64,000 nucleotides of DNA from Toensbergia leucococca (lineage: Eukaryota). Location of the stretch: the NCBI GenBank assembly GCA_022813965.1, contig JALDZS010000109.1:1-64000 (forward strand). The letters run 5' to 3'. Under the pieces are notes generated by a model that saw only the letters and a program-made list of their open reading frames with translations, ran no database searches and was not told the origin of the DNA. Shown here in pieces: positions 36,315 to 48,022 of the stretch. Each line of letters opens with the position of its first letter. The first letter of the stretch is position 1. A program made the position numbers and the translations under genes.

Positions 36315-36896
36315 TCATTCATATAAGTCGAATCCCAACAGCTCGTCATCGGAGCCATCGTCGGACTTCATCTTGCCCTCGAGTCCCGAGATTCTAACGT
36401 CAGTCTCGCTGCCGCTGGGACTAGGAAACTCGGTCTCCGTCTCGGCCTCAGCATCGCTTTCAGAGGCTATCTTCTGTTCAGCGTCCCCAACGACCGTGCC
36501 CGTCACTTGTCCGGGAGCACGGTAGTACAGGGAGCCGTCCTCCAAACTCCATTTTTGGCCGCTGTACTGGCAGTCTAGGCAGAACTCGGCAGTGATGTAC
36601 TCCATATGCTCTGCCACATACTGGCATTCCGAACCACAGCTACGACAGGGACACTTGATCTTCTTGTCCACCTCAAGATCACTCTCAGCGTCTACAAGCG
36701 GCTCAAAGTCCTCGTCGAGTGAGGTAATTGTTCTTCCTAGCGCCCGGTAGCAGAGTTGCTGGCAGATCAAGCAATATCCGTCAGTGATATAGTCCACGTT
36801 GTCTGAGATGTTCTGACAGTTTGATCCGCAGCTGGTGATCTGCGTGTCATCGTAGATACAGTTACACCAGTAAAGCTGAACAGTTCTGACGCACAT
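36315..36896 (-). CDS. Cys-rich acidic protein with an internally duplicated CxxxC...CxxC module
   Basis: 193-aa ATG-started ORF with repeats SCGSNCQNISDNVDYITDGYCLICQ and SCGSECQYVAEHMEYITAEFCLDCQ, each followed by YRA.G. Confidence 0.75.
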   Translation of the reverse strand: MCVRTVQLYWCNCIYDDTQITSCGSNCQNISDNVDYITDGYCLICQQLCYRALGRTITSLDEDFEPLVDAESDLEVDKKIKCPCRSCGSECQYVAEHMEYITAEFCLDCQYSGQKWSLEDGSLYYRAPGQVTGTVVGDAEQKIASESDAEAETETEFPSPSGSETDVRISGLEGKMKSDDGSDDELLGFDLYE

Positions 36897-38096
36897 TCTA
36901 AATACTAAAGCTCTTCTTTGCTTATAGCTTTGGTGTTAGGAGATTTTTTTGGTTCAAGGAGGCCTTGGGTCGAGCTTTCTGACTGTATGAGATGTGTGGG
37001 TAGTGAGTAAAGGAGTGAATGAATTAAGAGAGTATATGTAGTTTTTGCATCACGGCGCGATTGAATCTGAACAATGAGGAACATAAGGTACCTAGGGCGA
37101 GACACTAAGTCATAGAAAGCTCAAACAATAGTCAATTTAGTCAGTGTTGATAAGGAGTTCAGAGTCAAGAATACTCAACAAAGACTTGAACAACAACGTA
37201 CAAAGAAAACTGAAAATTTTCTTCAATTTTCAAGTATCTCAGCATAGCGAGAATAGGGATAAAGTATGAATAGTAATCGCACTTCAAAATATTCATCAAA
37301 ACTGAATCACTTGCAATCCCATCAAATTCTTGCTTTTGAGAAACCTACATATAATTTATCAAAATGTGCTTTTAGTTTTCACACATGTTTCACTATAGTC
37401 AAAATGTTCTTTTTCAGAGATTTGTTTATTCCCTACTTTCAAGTTCAAACAAAACATTTTAGTCAGCATTTTGTAGCTTGGTTTTCAGCAGAAGACGCAG
37501 AAGAAAAGAGAAAAAACAGACATAAAGAGTGAACTTTCTCAGACAGAAGACAGAGATGAGAGAGACTTGTGATTGTGATAGATTTAAAGCATGTCAGTTT
37601 CTTGCTCACTCTTGTGAAATGAGAGACAGAGTTCAAATGACCTCATTTACATAATAGATAAGTGTGATAGCAATTTCTTTTGATTTTCCGTGAATAAGGC
37701 TGTTCTTAAATGATGATGAAAATTGAGTCTGACTCTTGCAATGAGGAGAGAAGAGGACTGAGGTAAAGGAAAAAGGAAAGTGAACGGACTGGCTTGTGAC
37801 GTCATTTAGTCAATCTTCATCAACTCATCCTGAAAGCCATCTCTGTCAATCTCAAGAAATGAGAAGTGACAGATGCTGCTCACAAGGAGGTCACCATTAT
37901 GTCTCTATCATGACCAGGAGAACTGTTGTCCTTTGAAGAACTATTTTAACTAAGATAAGTAATCCTGTCATTATCAACCCTACAGGGCCTTTGCACCTTA
38001 TCATGCGAAGCAAAGCGCTCATGGAACACTGTGGGTATATACGAGTCTCATCTACAAAAAAGACAGAATCCTCGCATTGTAACTTCTTTCATCAAG

Positions 38097-39749
38097 ATGA
38101 TGCAGCTCTATGCCTTCATATTTTCTTCTTTTTCTCTTCTCCCCCTTTTCCGAGCCACAATTTCACCACAATCTGAGGTTTATGACGTCCGCGAATCTAC
38201 CATTGAGGGCATTCACAATGCTCTCTTCATTGGCGCCACCTCCTGTCGTAGCGTGATTGAGGCCTTTATCGCTCGCATAGAGATGTACAACCCCACAGTC
38301 AACGCAATCCTCGCTCTAAACCCCAATGCCCTATCAATCGCAGACGAGATGGATGTCTCTCTCGCCGCGAGCAATGCCACCAGCTCCCTCTTCTGCATTC
38401 CCGTTCTCTTGAAAGACAACTATGACACCGTCGAGATGCCCACAACAGGCGGTAGCCTCGCCCTCTCAGAATCTCAACCCACTGTTGACGCCTCAGTAGT
38501 GACTGCCCTAAAGAATGCAGGCGCAATCATGCTTGGCAAGACTAATCTGCATGAGATGGCGCTGGAGGGACTCTCCGTTTCCTCCCTGGGCGGCCAGACT
38601 ATCAATCCCTATGATCACACGCGCACTCCAGGAGGAAGTTCCGGAGGCACAGGCGCCGCCATCGCAGCTTCGATGGCGGTATTCGGCACGGGTACGGATA
38701 CCGTGAACTCCCTCCGCAATCCAGCCAGCGCCAATAGCCTCTTCAGCATCCGTCCAACCCGCGGATTGATTTCCCGCGCAGGCGTCATCCCCGTTTCGCA
38801 CACTCAAGACGCTGTAGGCCCAATGACCCGCACTGTAAAAGATCTTGCCACAGCTCTCACTGTCATGGCGAGCACAGGCACCGATCCAAACGACAACAGC
38901 ACAACCTCCATGCCGGCAAAGTCCGTCCAAAAGGACTACTGTGCAGTTCTCCCGGGGCGCTCCCTGCGCAGAATGCGCTTCGGCCTAATAGAAGGCTTCT
39001 TCAACCGCACCGCCAGCGACGAAACCACCCCAGTAATTAACGCCATGACCTCCATGCTCTCCACCCTGACCACCCATGGGGCAACCATCGTCCCCATCAA
39101 CTCCCCAATCTACAACACCACAACCCTCCTAACCCTCGACCTCCAAACCCACGAATACCGCCAATGCCTAGAAAAATACCTCCAAAACCCCTCCCTCAAA
39201 GGCACCCACCCGACCACCCTCCACCAACTCTACACCAGCAACCAACACCTCCTAATCCCAGCCCAATACCCCTATCTAACAAGCGCCCTCTCCCTCTCCC
39301 CCTCCTCCCCCACCTACCCCCCCAAAATCTCCGCCATAAACTCCCTAACAACCTCCCTCCAAAAAACCTTCCGCAAACACTCCCTTACCGCCCTCCTCTA
39401 CCCGCAGCAAAAAAACCTCGTCGTCAAACTAGCCTCGCCCTCCCAATCAGGCCGCAACGGCATCCTCGCCGCTCTCACCGGCTTCCCTGTCGTTACGGTG
39501 CCAGCGGGCTTTTCACCCAGCACGGCGGACGCGCCTGTGGGAGTATCGATCGGGATGGAAGTTTTGGGGATGCCGTGGTCGGAGGGGGTGTTGTTGGGGA
39601 TTGCGAAAAGGATTGAGGAGGCGAGGAGAGTGAGGCGGATGCCTGTTTTTGCGGAGGGAGAGGTGGAGGCTAGGGCGATGGAAAGGGTGCCGGTTTTGAA
39701 ACCGGATAGGGGGAATATACCTAGTGTGTACCCCGTGGGCGTGAGGTGA
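38097..39749 (+). CDS. Secreted amidase-signature family enzyme
   Basis: Signal-peptide-like MMQLYAFIFSSFSLLPLF; catalytic Lys in PVLLKDN; TPGGSSGG; GTDTVNSLRNPAS. Confidence 0.93.
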   Translation: MMQLYAFIFSSFSLLPLFRATISPQSEVYDVRESTIEGIHNALFIGATSCRSVIEAFIARIEMYNPTVNAILALNPNALSIADEMDVSLAASNATSSLFCIPVLLKDNYDTVEMPTTGGSLALSESQPTVDASVVTALKNAGAIMLGKTNLHEMALEGLSVSSLGGQTINPYDHTRTPGGSSGGTGAAIAASMAVFGTGTDTVNSLRNPASANSLFSIRPTRGLISRAGVIPVSHTQDAVGPMTRTVKDLATALTVMASTGTDPNDNSTTSMPAKSVQKDYCAVLPGRSLRRMRFGLIEGFFNRTASDETTPVINAMTSMLSTLTTHGATIVPINSPIYNTTTLLTLDLQTHEYRQCLEKYLQNPSLKGTHPTTLHQLYTSNQHLLIPAQYPYLTSALSLSPSSPTYPPKISAINSLTTSLQKTFRKHSLTALLYPQQKNLVVKLASPSQSGRNGILAALTGFPVVTVPAGFSPSTADAPVGVSIGMEVLGMPWSEGVLLGIAKRIEEARRVRRMPVFAEGEVEARAMERVPVLKPDRGNIPSVYPVGVR

Positions 39750-41042
39750 TGGTGGGTGTCGTTCCCCCCCCTTTTTTTTTGGGTTATGGTATTGCTCGTG
39801 GTTTTCTGTTGGCCATGGAGGTCCCGGACTTGTAGATGGAGGTTTTTTATTATTTTCTGGATGTCTTGTGAGATGAGGTTTGGGTATGTTTCACTGTTGA
39901 GAAACAGATCTTTAAACGTGAGATTCACGGAATCCAGCGATGGGGAACCATCCATCCATCTTTGACTCTCTCTTCTCAGCATTCCTTTTTTCTTCTCCGA
40001 AAGAAAAAGAGATACACTCAAGCAAGCTTTTTCATCCCCTCCATCCTTTCTCAACGCCCACACACTCACAACCTCGCCTCTTCCTCCCCGCCGGGTATAT
40101 AAAAGCACAACAAAAGACAAAGGTATAGTCACAGCAAGCCCTCAACGCAGGGGGCAAAAAAAAGGTACAAAAAGATTCACCATCTATGTATTTCTCGACT
40201 CTCAGTTCCCCCCCCCCCGCCAATTTTTTTACAATTGAGGATTTATCATAGATATTTCAACTCCTAAGATGGAAAGTGCAGGAAAGGGAGGTGGAATGAT
40301 TGGGAATTGAAAAGGGTTCTGCGTGAGGCCCCGGGGGGAAGGGGGGGGAAAGGCTTTTTGGTTTTGAGGGTATGCCTGATGATGCTTTTGTCTGAGTTTT
40401 GGGAACTAGGTACCTAAAATACACGGAGAGTTTCAGTGTGAAGGTTTCACACATTTCAATCTATTCATGGAAACCGGTTGACACAATGTACCTGTTTATT
40501 TATTTCCACCTTTGAATAAATTCAAATCTTGATTGATCAAGAACCACGCGTCCCCTGATCATTGAAGAGAGAATTATGATAGTTGATTTACAGAGAGAGA
40601 GAGAGAGATTGGTAGGTTCTGTGAGTTGGTGGATATGATGCCGTTTGTGAGTTTTCCCGCTATTTTATTGGAGATGGGAGAGGAGGTGGGGGTGAGTCTG
40701 ATGAAGATTTCATTTTTTTATATATAAATACAATGGTTGAGACGTACGGAAGATTTAAACCAGTTCGTTCATATACTGTGGAGATCTGGCCATCAAATAC
40801 CGCTTTTTCGAAGAAATGTGATTTTAGGTGATGAACGGCCGACAAGATCGAAAAAATCTCATACTTTAGCTTCTACATTAGCTTGTCATAAGTGTGAGAA
40901 GACACAGCATCGGAAAAATAAATCTTCGTTACATGGACTGCAAAGCTTCGAAATTGAAGTGGGCCGTTCGGTCAGGATTTGCTTTCAAGAGGATAGCAAA
41001 GACCTTGTAGATAGCTACCTGATGCAGCCTTATCCTCCATGT

Positions 41043-42203
41043 CTAAACTGAACCCCTAGACGCCGTGATCTCATGAAGATCAAGGCCTGCGAATCCAGCC
41101 ATCAGTCCGTCTATGTCATCTTTCAACTTCTTCCCAGCGGTCAACAGAGGACAACGTCCCTGCTCGCACTGATGAAAAGCAGTCCATCCATTCCATCCCG
41201 CTTTGCCCTGAAAGCTTACAGCACTGCCCTTCATCTGCTCTGACAAGGGCCATAGCCCTGCTAAACTCAAGCCTTCAACGAACCTCCAAACTCTGAATCC
41301 TGCGTTGCAGATGTTCGGGAGATATTCATAGCTGGGGCAACGATAACAGCGACCTCCTCCGCCAACATCAAGCTTGTAGCCTTTGCACTCTGCACAAATC
41401 CTGCCTCCCGAATCTTTAAATTGTCGGACATCATGCCGGAGCTCATCGAGAGCGTCTTCAACTTTCCTCGTCATCCCACATAGCAAACGCATTCTTAGGC
41501 GACAGATCGCATCTGACATAAAAATTAGATACTGCTTGAGCAAATGATGGTTTTAAGCCATACCTCGAAGAAAGTCCGGGAGAGCTGAAAGCATTGCATG
41601 ATCTTCGATGGCGGAGACTGACAAAGTCTTGGCTAATATAGCTGTGAACTTCTCAAATTCTGGGCTGTGTTCCATTAGAAGACTTAGGGGGCACAATTTT
41701 GAGAGGGTTAAGGGTGTGTAGTCCTTCTCCGTCAACGAAGAGAGCCATCGTAAGCTCTCGCCTCGGACAGAGTGTACGCAGTCATACTTGTCTGCCAGTT
41801 GGGCGACCTCTAGATGGAGATCGAGTTTAAGTTGCGGGAATACACGTCCCGACGTGAAATGCTGGACGTGGAATATAATCTCCAATGCATCCGGAGCGTC
41901 CGAAGGTAACGGTAGCTCAAGTGGGTGTTGTGGGCTTCGGCTTGTGCTACCCTCGAGGAAGCCCCGGCTGAACATTGCTTTGAAGACGGGTGATGCAAGC
42001 ATCAACACTTTGGAAGAGACAAGAAACGACTTGGGGCCGCTCTGAACGAGCACGTCGCCATCATCATCAATGATTTTGTGATCAAGGATCTTATTGGATG
42101 GATGGGGTGAGTAAATCAAAGGTATTTGGTTGTTGACTCCGGCGACTTGTGACAACGCTGATGGCTTTACCGTACTGCTCTGAGTCTCTTCAGGAGTTTC
42201 CAT
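41043..42203 (-). CDS. BTB/POZ-domain protein; intron ~41513..41563
   Basis: DDDGDVLV, FLVSSKVLMLASPVFKAMF..GFLEG, LADKYDC; Cys-rich C-terminal exon. The start codon is uncertain. Confidence 0.88.
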
Positions 42204-42351
42204 GGCATTGGCGGTGATGAAGTGTGTTGTAGATGTCAAATGCTAAGTTAGCTTTGGGTTGTGACTTATGAATGGTCTCATGGATGTTGGAGCCCATGAG
42301 CGTTGAAGCTCATGGTGTCGACGCTCATTGGCGTTGATGTTCTTGGGCGTT

Positions 42352-43230
42352 GAAGCGCATTTAGCATATTCTATTCATAATGCTGTGGAATCCCTGACGC
42401 CTTTTTTTTTTCCCCCGCTGAGTTGCACCTAAAAAGTCGACATCCAGCTACCTAAATCCACCTCATTATCCTACCATCATTAGTAGGCTGAGGATATAGG
42501 CTGGGGAGCAGAGGCTTTATCTCCTTGATTTATAGTAGTAAAAGCATGAGATGGTAGTCAAATTGCGCCCGTCATCCCTGATGACCTTCATGCAAAACAC
42601 TCATCTTGTTCAGAATCACCCTCATCTAAGCCCTCATCTAATGATCACATCTCAAGTTCTTGTTGCAACGCCTTGTAGTCACCCTCAAATATATACTCAT
42701 CATCAGCATGCTCATAATGATCTCATCCTTACTGATCACACCTGCTGTGCTCAATAGTCAACTGTAGGAAGTCTTCAAAGGTATGACCTTCCTCCTGATA
42801 GCTAGGTCATACTCATTGAAAATGCCGTCGCATTCAGACCTTAAGAACACTGAATGACAATTTAATTGAGCTGTAGTCTGATAAACAAAGAGAAAGGAAT
42901 TTGATGATAAGGCTGACTTCTTGAATCACCTAAGGCTTTCAATGAGAACAAAGCAAGTGCTCAGCCTTTACCTTGACTGCTCTAGCGATAAGTAAACCCA
43001 TGATGTGGATGAATGGATGGATGGATGAAGGTGAATGTGACAGGGGTGAATGTGATCTTTACACAGTCAGTATGACCTCATCATTGCCTATTCAGGTCAT
43101 TATACTACCTTACTGATGAGGACAGGATTTAGGTAGCTGAATGTCGACTTTTTAGGTGCAACTTAGCCGGGGGGGGAAATTAAATGGCGCCAAGGAATCC
43201 ACAGCATTATAAATATGCTAAATTCACTTC
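42352..43230. mobile_element. Non-autonomous DNA transposon/MITE-like element with ~105-bp imperfect terminal inverted repeats
   Basis: Left TTTAGCATATT..ATAATGCTGTGGA..AGTTGCACCTAAAAAGTCGACATCCAGCTACCTAAATCC (42360-42459) is the reverse complement of right GGATTTAGGTAGCTGAATGTCGACTTTTTAGGTGCAACT..TCCACAGCATTAT..AATATGCTAAA (43125-43222). No coding capacity and no clear TSD. Confidence 0.85.
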
Positions 43231-44274
43231 TCATTCTAGAATATGTCCTGGCCACCAGTGGGGTTCAATTATTCTGGTTACCATTTCCCATTCCCCATAG
43301 CGCTCGGCTGGCCCCTGAATCAAACGCTCTTCCAGGACATGGGGTAGCTTGATACTAAGATCGCTTTTCCGGTAGCTTCTCTCCTTCTTACGCTGGTACC
43401 TGTTCAGTCGCAAGGTTTGGGTATTAGTTATAAAAAGGGTCATAATATTCCGACACCCCATTTCGATAACCCGACACCCCCCTTATCATACCCAATTAGG
43501 CAATAATGTCAAGTAGGGCGCGATGTAGCATATGGAATCATCGCGATTTCTCGCCACATTTGCACTGACGCAATTCTCGACCTCTTTTGCATGCCATTTA
43601 CCTCCTCAATTGCGTACAATGTAGTAGCAAGATTACCCAGAAGAAGAAGCATGCTTTTGTACCACTTCCTGACTTGATTTTCCCCACCCCCGGGCGCAAA
43701 AATATCGCAATTTTGCGAGCTTTCTACCTTTAAATAGGGTCTCGGGATACTGAAATGGGGTCCCGGAATATCGTTACCCTGCAAAAAGCTGATCTAAACT
43801 CGGCAGCGACGGGACACGTCCTCCTGGTCTGCCCAAAGTTCAGCGACCCATGAAAGAACATCGGGATTGAAAATTGGAGGATTGGCTAAAACGTAGGTAG
43901 TAGTCCGTGATGTCAGTTTCAATAAATGAACTCAGTGTATGATGAAGGGGAAGAGACATATCATAGTCGTGAGTAAGGACAAGACAAAAGATGGTTAGAT
44001 AGTCGAGATGAAGGTGATTGAGATGATTCAAGGATTGGATACAAACTTTTCAAGAAGCTTTTTTCCCGTTGTGATGAAGATGGAAGCTTGGATGACTTCG
44101 GAAATTCGAATCAATCAAGTCTTGTATTTATGTAATTGACTCGATTCACGGGTTTGGATGGAAGGGAGATCGATGTATTCTCCAAAGCTGTAGCCATGCC
44201 GTGAATCCATTAGATAATCCTCCTGCCGATTGTTCTCCTTAAGATGACCGGAAAACCCCCATATACCTAAAACG

Positions 44275-45523
44275 TCACGCACCACAATTCACATCAGACA
44301 TTTCGATGTCTTGGTCAATCCGTATCCCCTCGAATGACTCAACTCGACATTCAATCGGCAATATTGGCTCTTCAGATTCATAAGATCCAGATCTTGGTCC
44401 ACCTCTCTCACGAATTACGGCCCTCTGGCTTATTGTCGCCAGCTTAGGCGTATCATCAGAAAGACTCATATTAGGACTCCTCTTTTTACGTGAGGACGGA
44501 GGAGTATAAGGCGTGGGTTTGGATCGATCTCGCACGAAGAGAGTACGGAATGCACTCAGGGAGACCATGATAACTGCGACACACTCTTCGATCGAGAACC
44601 AGAAGATTAGCCAGGTTGTATCCACGATTCCATGAATAGTATCTGCCGCGGCCACACGGATGATAGCGAAGACTATCATTACGATGCTAAGAGACAAGAT
44701 AGCACATAAGGCAAGTTTTTGACGGAGACTGATTTGGACCCGCCAGAGAAGAACAATGGGGATCGAAATCACTAAAGTGCCATGAGTCCCGAGGCATTTG
44801 AGGTACGGAAAGGAGAATATTTACACAAGGCATCTGTCAGGACATCGATGCATACACTGTAATTGACTGCTGTTGTCTGTCTTTGTTTACTTGCAGGAGT
44901 ATCACATTTGACTACAATCAAAAGACGTCAAAATTAGCCTCTAGGTATTGAGCAATATTCGGGAACATAAATACGAACCTATAAGATCTGGACCAAAGGT
45001 TGCGCATGCAATGAAAGGCGTGACAACACAACTGACGTATGCCGGTATCAAAATGGCCAGGGCAACCCACCAGTGAATAGTCGAGGTCCTTTGGCGGCGG
45101 ATCAGATATCGAAAGAAGAAAAGGAAGGAGAACTTGACAGCGTAGATAACGGTCCAGGTGAATACGGCAGCGGTATCTTGATACTTTTGATCCATCACGA
45201 GCTGATCAAGAATATCTGACGGCGCTGGAATAATGCCAGCCTCGACGTTGATTTGAGTGTACATATACGGAGTCTGAACATAGGTGAAAACCACGCTCAC
45301 GCAAAGGCAGACGACAGCAAGCAAGAGAAAGCCATCATCGACGAACAGTCGACGAAATCTTTGAATTCGTATCAGTGTCCGGCCTGCAGCGGTCAGGATG
45401 GCAAGACCGAAAAGCGCCCCGATCACGCCCTATTTTGATCAAGTCAGTGGAAAGGTTGACTCTTTAGCAACGGGCTTCTACCTTGAAGGCAGCTGGTGAT
45501 ATTCTCCCGGCATATGCTGGCAT
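44275..45523 (-). CDS. PTH11-like integral membrane protein (non-CFEM fungal GPCR family), 3 introns
   Basis: R..IR....R.LFVDDGFL, AVKFSFLFF, DVLTD...ISIPIVLLW..QIS.RQK, IEECVAVIMVSL; multiple TM helices. Confidence 0.9.
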
Positions 45524-46208
45524 TTTTAAGAGAATGGTTCTGGTTGTCTTGGATGTTCTCGAAGACTTTTGTGTAACGAAGGGCTCTGACGGAGAAAGCA
45601 GAAGAGTTGACTCATGATGATTACTGCCTATCTCTTCTTCTGCGGCTGACATCGCGGCTTACTCCACCAAGAATCTGCCTGCAAAGCATGTTAACGTATG
45701 CAGGCATGTTTAGTGAGAACGAACGAATGGGATCTGAGGTAAGAAAGGTTCGGGTTAAGCAGTATGGTTGCATGCCTTAGTGTCCAAACAGGACAGCTTA
45801 GGATCCAGCCTGTCAGCACGATAGCGTTAGTGCTGTCCATGAGATCAATTGCGGGGTCAGGTACTCGTATATGAGTTACATGAGTTACATGCAGGAAATG
45901 AAAGAGGAAGTGAACAGGCATTTGACTCTTTCTGTTTTGATAAGCAGTTATATAATCTGGAAGATACATGAACCAAATAAGGCACCTTAGATGCGACAAT
46001 TTTGTACTTTTAGATAGCTTACCTTACCTGACGTTGGCGTCGAGTAGGTAGAGACCAAGTACTCACATCATCAGATCTCTGCGCAATATATTATGTATGC
46101 TGTATGCGGTATGCTGTTCCATTCCACTGTTGATATGTAATCCTCGCCTTAGATTAACCACAATCTCACTCCAAATCCTCCGCTTTTTAGTAACCTCCAA
46201 TATTACCA

Positions 46209-47270
46209 CTATAATTTCCCTTCTCTCCTCCGCAACCTTACAACTCCTTCTTGCCAAGAACTCACCAACAAATTCCCTCCCCTTCCCCAGATTCTCTGCT
46301 CCACATGGCCTCGATTTCGACCAGCCCAGCTACTTGTCCTTTCAACAAACATCCACTCATCTGCCCTTGCTAGCGGTTCGTGGAAATGTACGACGTGATT
46401 GAGACTTGTCTCCAGTGCAACTTTCTCACTGCGTGGACCCACACTCAATGGATCAACCAGATTGACAGTTTCAATGAACCAGCTGTCAGTGAGAAGGGCG
46501 AGAGCAGCAAGGTGCGTGAGGGGGGAAGGGGTTGAGAGTGGTGTGGTGGTGCGAACCCAGCTGTGAAGGCGTACGGCGGTAGGGGAGGAGGAATTGGAAG
46601 GCAAATCGGGGAGATGTCGCCAGTCATAGGGATCCGGTATGTCTTCCGACGCCTCAAACCCCATGGCATCTAGATTCACATTTTGAGTCTGTGACGAGAC
46701 GTCGTCCGGCTCTTCTCTCCTCACAGGCATTGGCAGTGAGTAAAGCATGCTATTGTTTCTGATTTTGTCTCCCTCATGATTCTTCTGGAACCCACACGTT
46801 GCGGTGAAAATACAGATGTCGTTCTGCATTGCTCTCACAATTCTGAGTGAAAAAGAACGACTATCGCTAGCGCGCTCGACGTGATAGAAGATGGGGCACG
46901 TAGCTCTACCTGGCCGGATAAAGGAGCAATGCATGCTGTACACGGCTAAAGTAGGAGGTACGGCATTTTGAGCAGCGTTGAGGCACTGGCCAAGGATGAT
47001 GCCACCGAAAACGGGAATGTTAAGTGGCTGTTTCCAAAGGGCGCTAGGAGAGAATTTCTATGTTAGTTTGATCTCGCAGGATATGAAGTCGTAGATGCAG
47101 ATGAGGAACGGGAAGAATGAAGAAGATAGGTAAGGATATTACTGTGTGTTGGTATACACATCAAGTCCCAATTCTGGAACCGGTGTCACAAGTAGAGGAA
47201 TTTCAACAATGGCAAAGGCTGGATCAACAGGAGGAGGGGGGGAAAGAGTTGTCTCATCATCGATGGGCAT
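46209..47270 (-). CDS. Acyl-CoA thioesterase II (TesB/ACOT8 family); intron ~47045..47142
   Basis: VFGGIILGQCL.AA, SMHCSFIRPG, SFSLRIVRA.Q, LTDSW, SLNHVVHFH, QEGVVR; C-terminal GKL (PTS1-like). Confidence 0.92.
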
Positions 47271-48022
47271 TTTGAAGAAGATGATAATCTAGAGGCAAGT
47301 CAATCGACGAATATTGATTTCGCAGCTCCCTCAAGATTTGTTTCTTCATGAAAAGCTGGTGTTCGGATAGGATCCATACTGTCTGAATCGGGACTGTTTT
47401 CGTACTCAAGATGGAATCGTAGGTACTCCCGGTCTGGTATCCGTAGCTATCAGGAAATAAGCAGAGCAGGATTCCATCCCGCCATAGAATAATTTGGATG
47501 CATGGGTTTTTCCATACCGAAAATACGAGGACATACACAAAGTTACACTAGAACAGATAGAATACGGCAACCAAAAATGTCGGTTTTATTCGAAACATAA
47601 ATGTTGGAAAGTTCCTCTCGAACTACTCCAATGATATCGATCCTGACCTTTCGTGACTGTCCAGGCATATTCACAGCACACAGGTCGCATGGTACCGTAA
47701 CGGTTTTGCGCCGGTTGGAGTCACGATATTCTGTGCATCGCTACATATATTGACCAGATATTCCAGGCTCCAACCCAGGTTGCTGGATATCCGCTCAAGG
47801 GTTTAATTTTCAACTTCGGGGGGATAGTCTTGATAAGTAATCACAAGGACTCGGTATTGTCGTCAAATTCGTGTCACACTGCTCGTCCACCCGGCATTGC
47901 CCTCTGTTCCCTCTTCCGAATCATCCCTTCAAAATTCATTACATTCAATCTCAGCAAAAGGTTAACTTTCAATATTTCCACATACAATCGCATCTTGGTT
48001 TCTAAGCCCATATTTTTCAATC

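Noticed and set aside
39398..40132. 244-aa minus-strand ORF
   Set aside because: Antisense shadow of the amidase 3' end running into low-complexity DNA.
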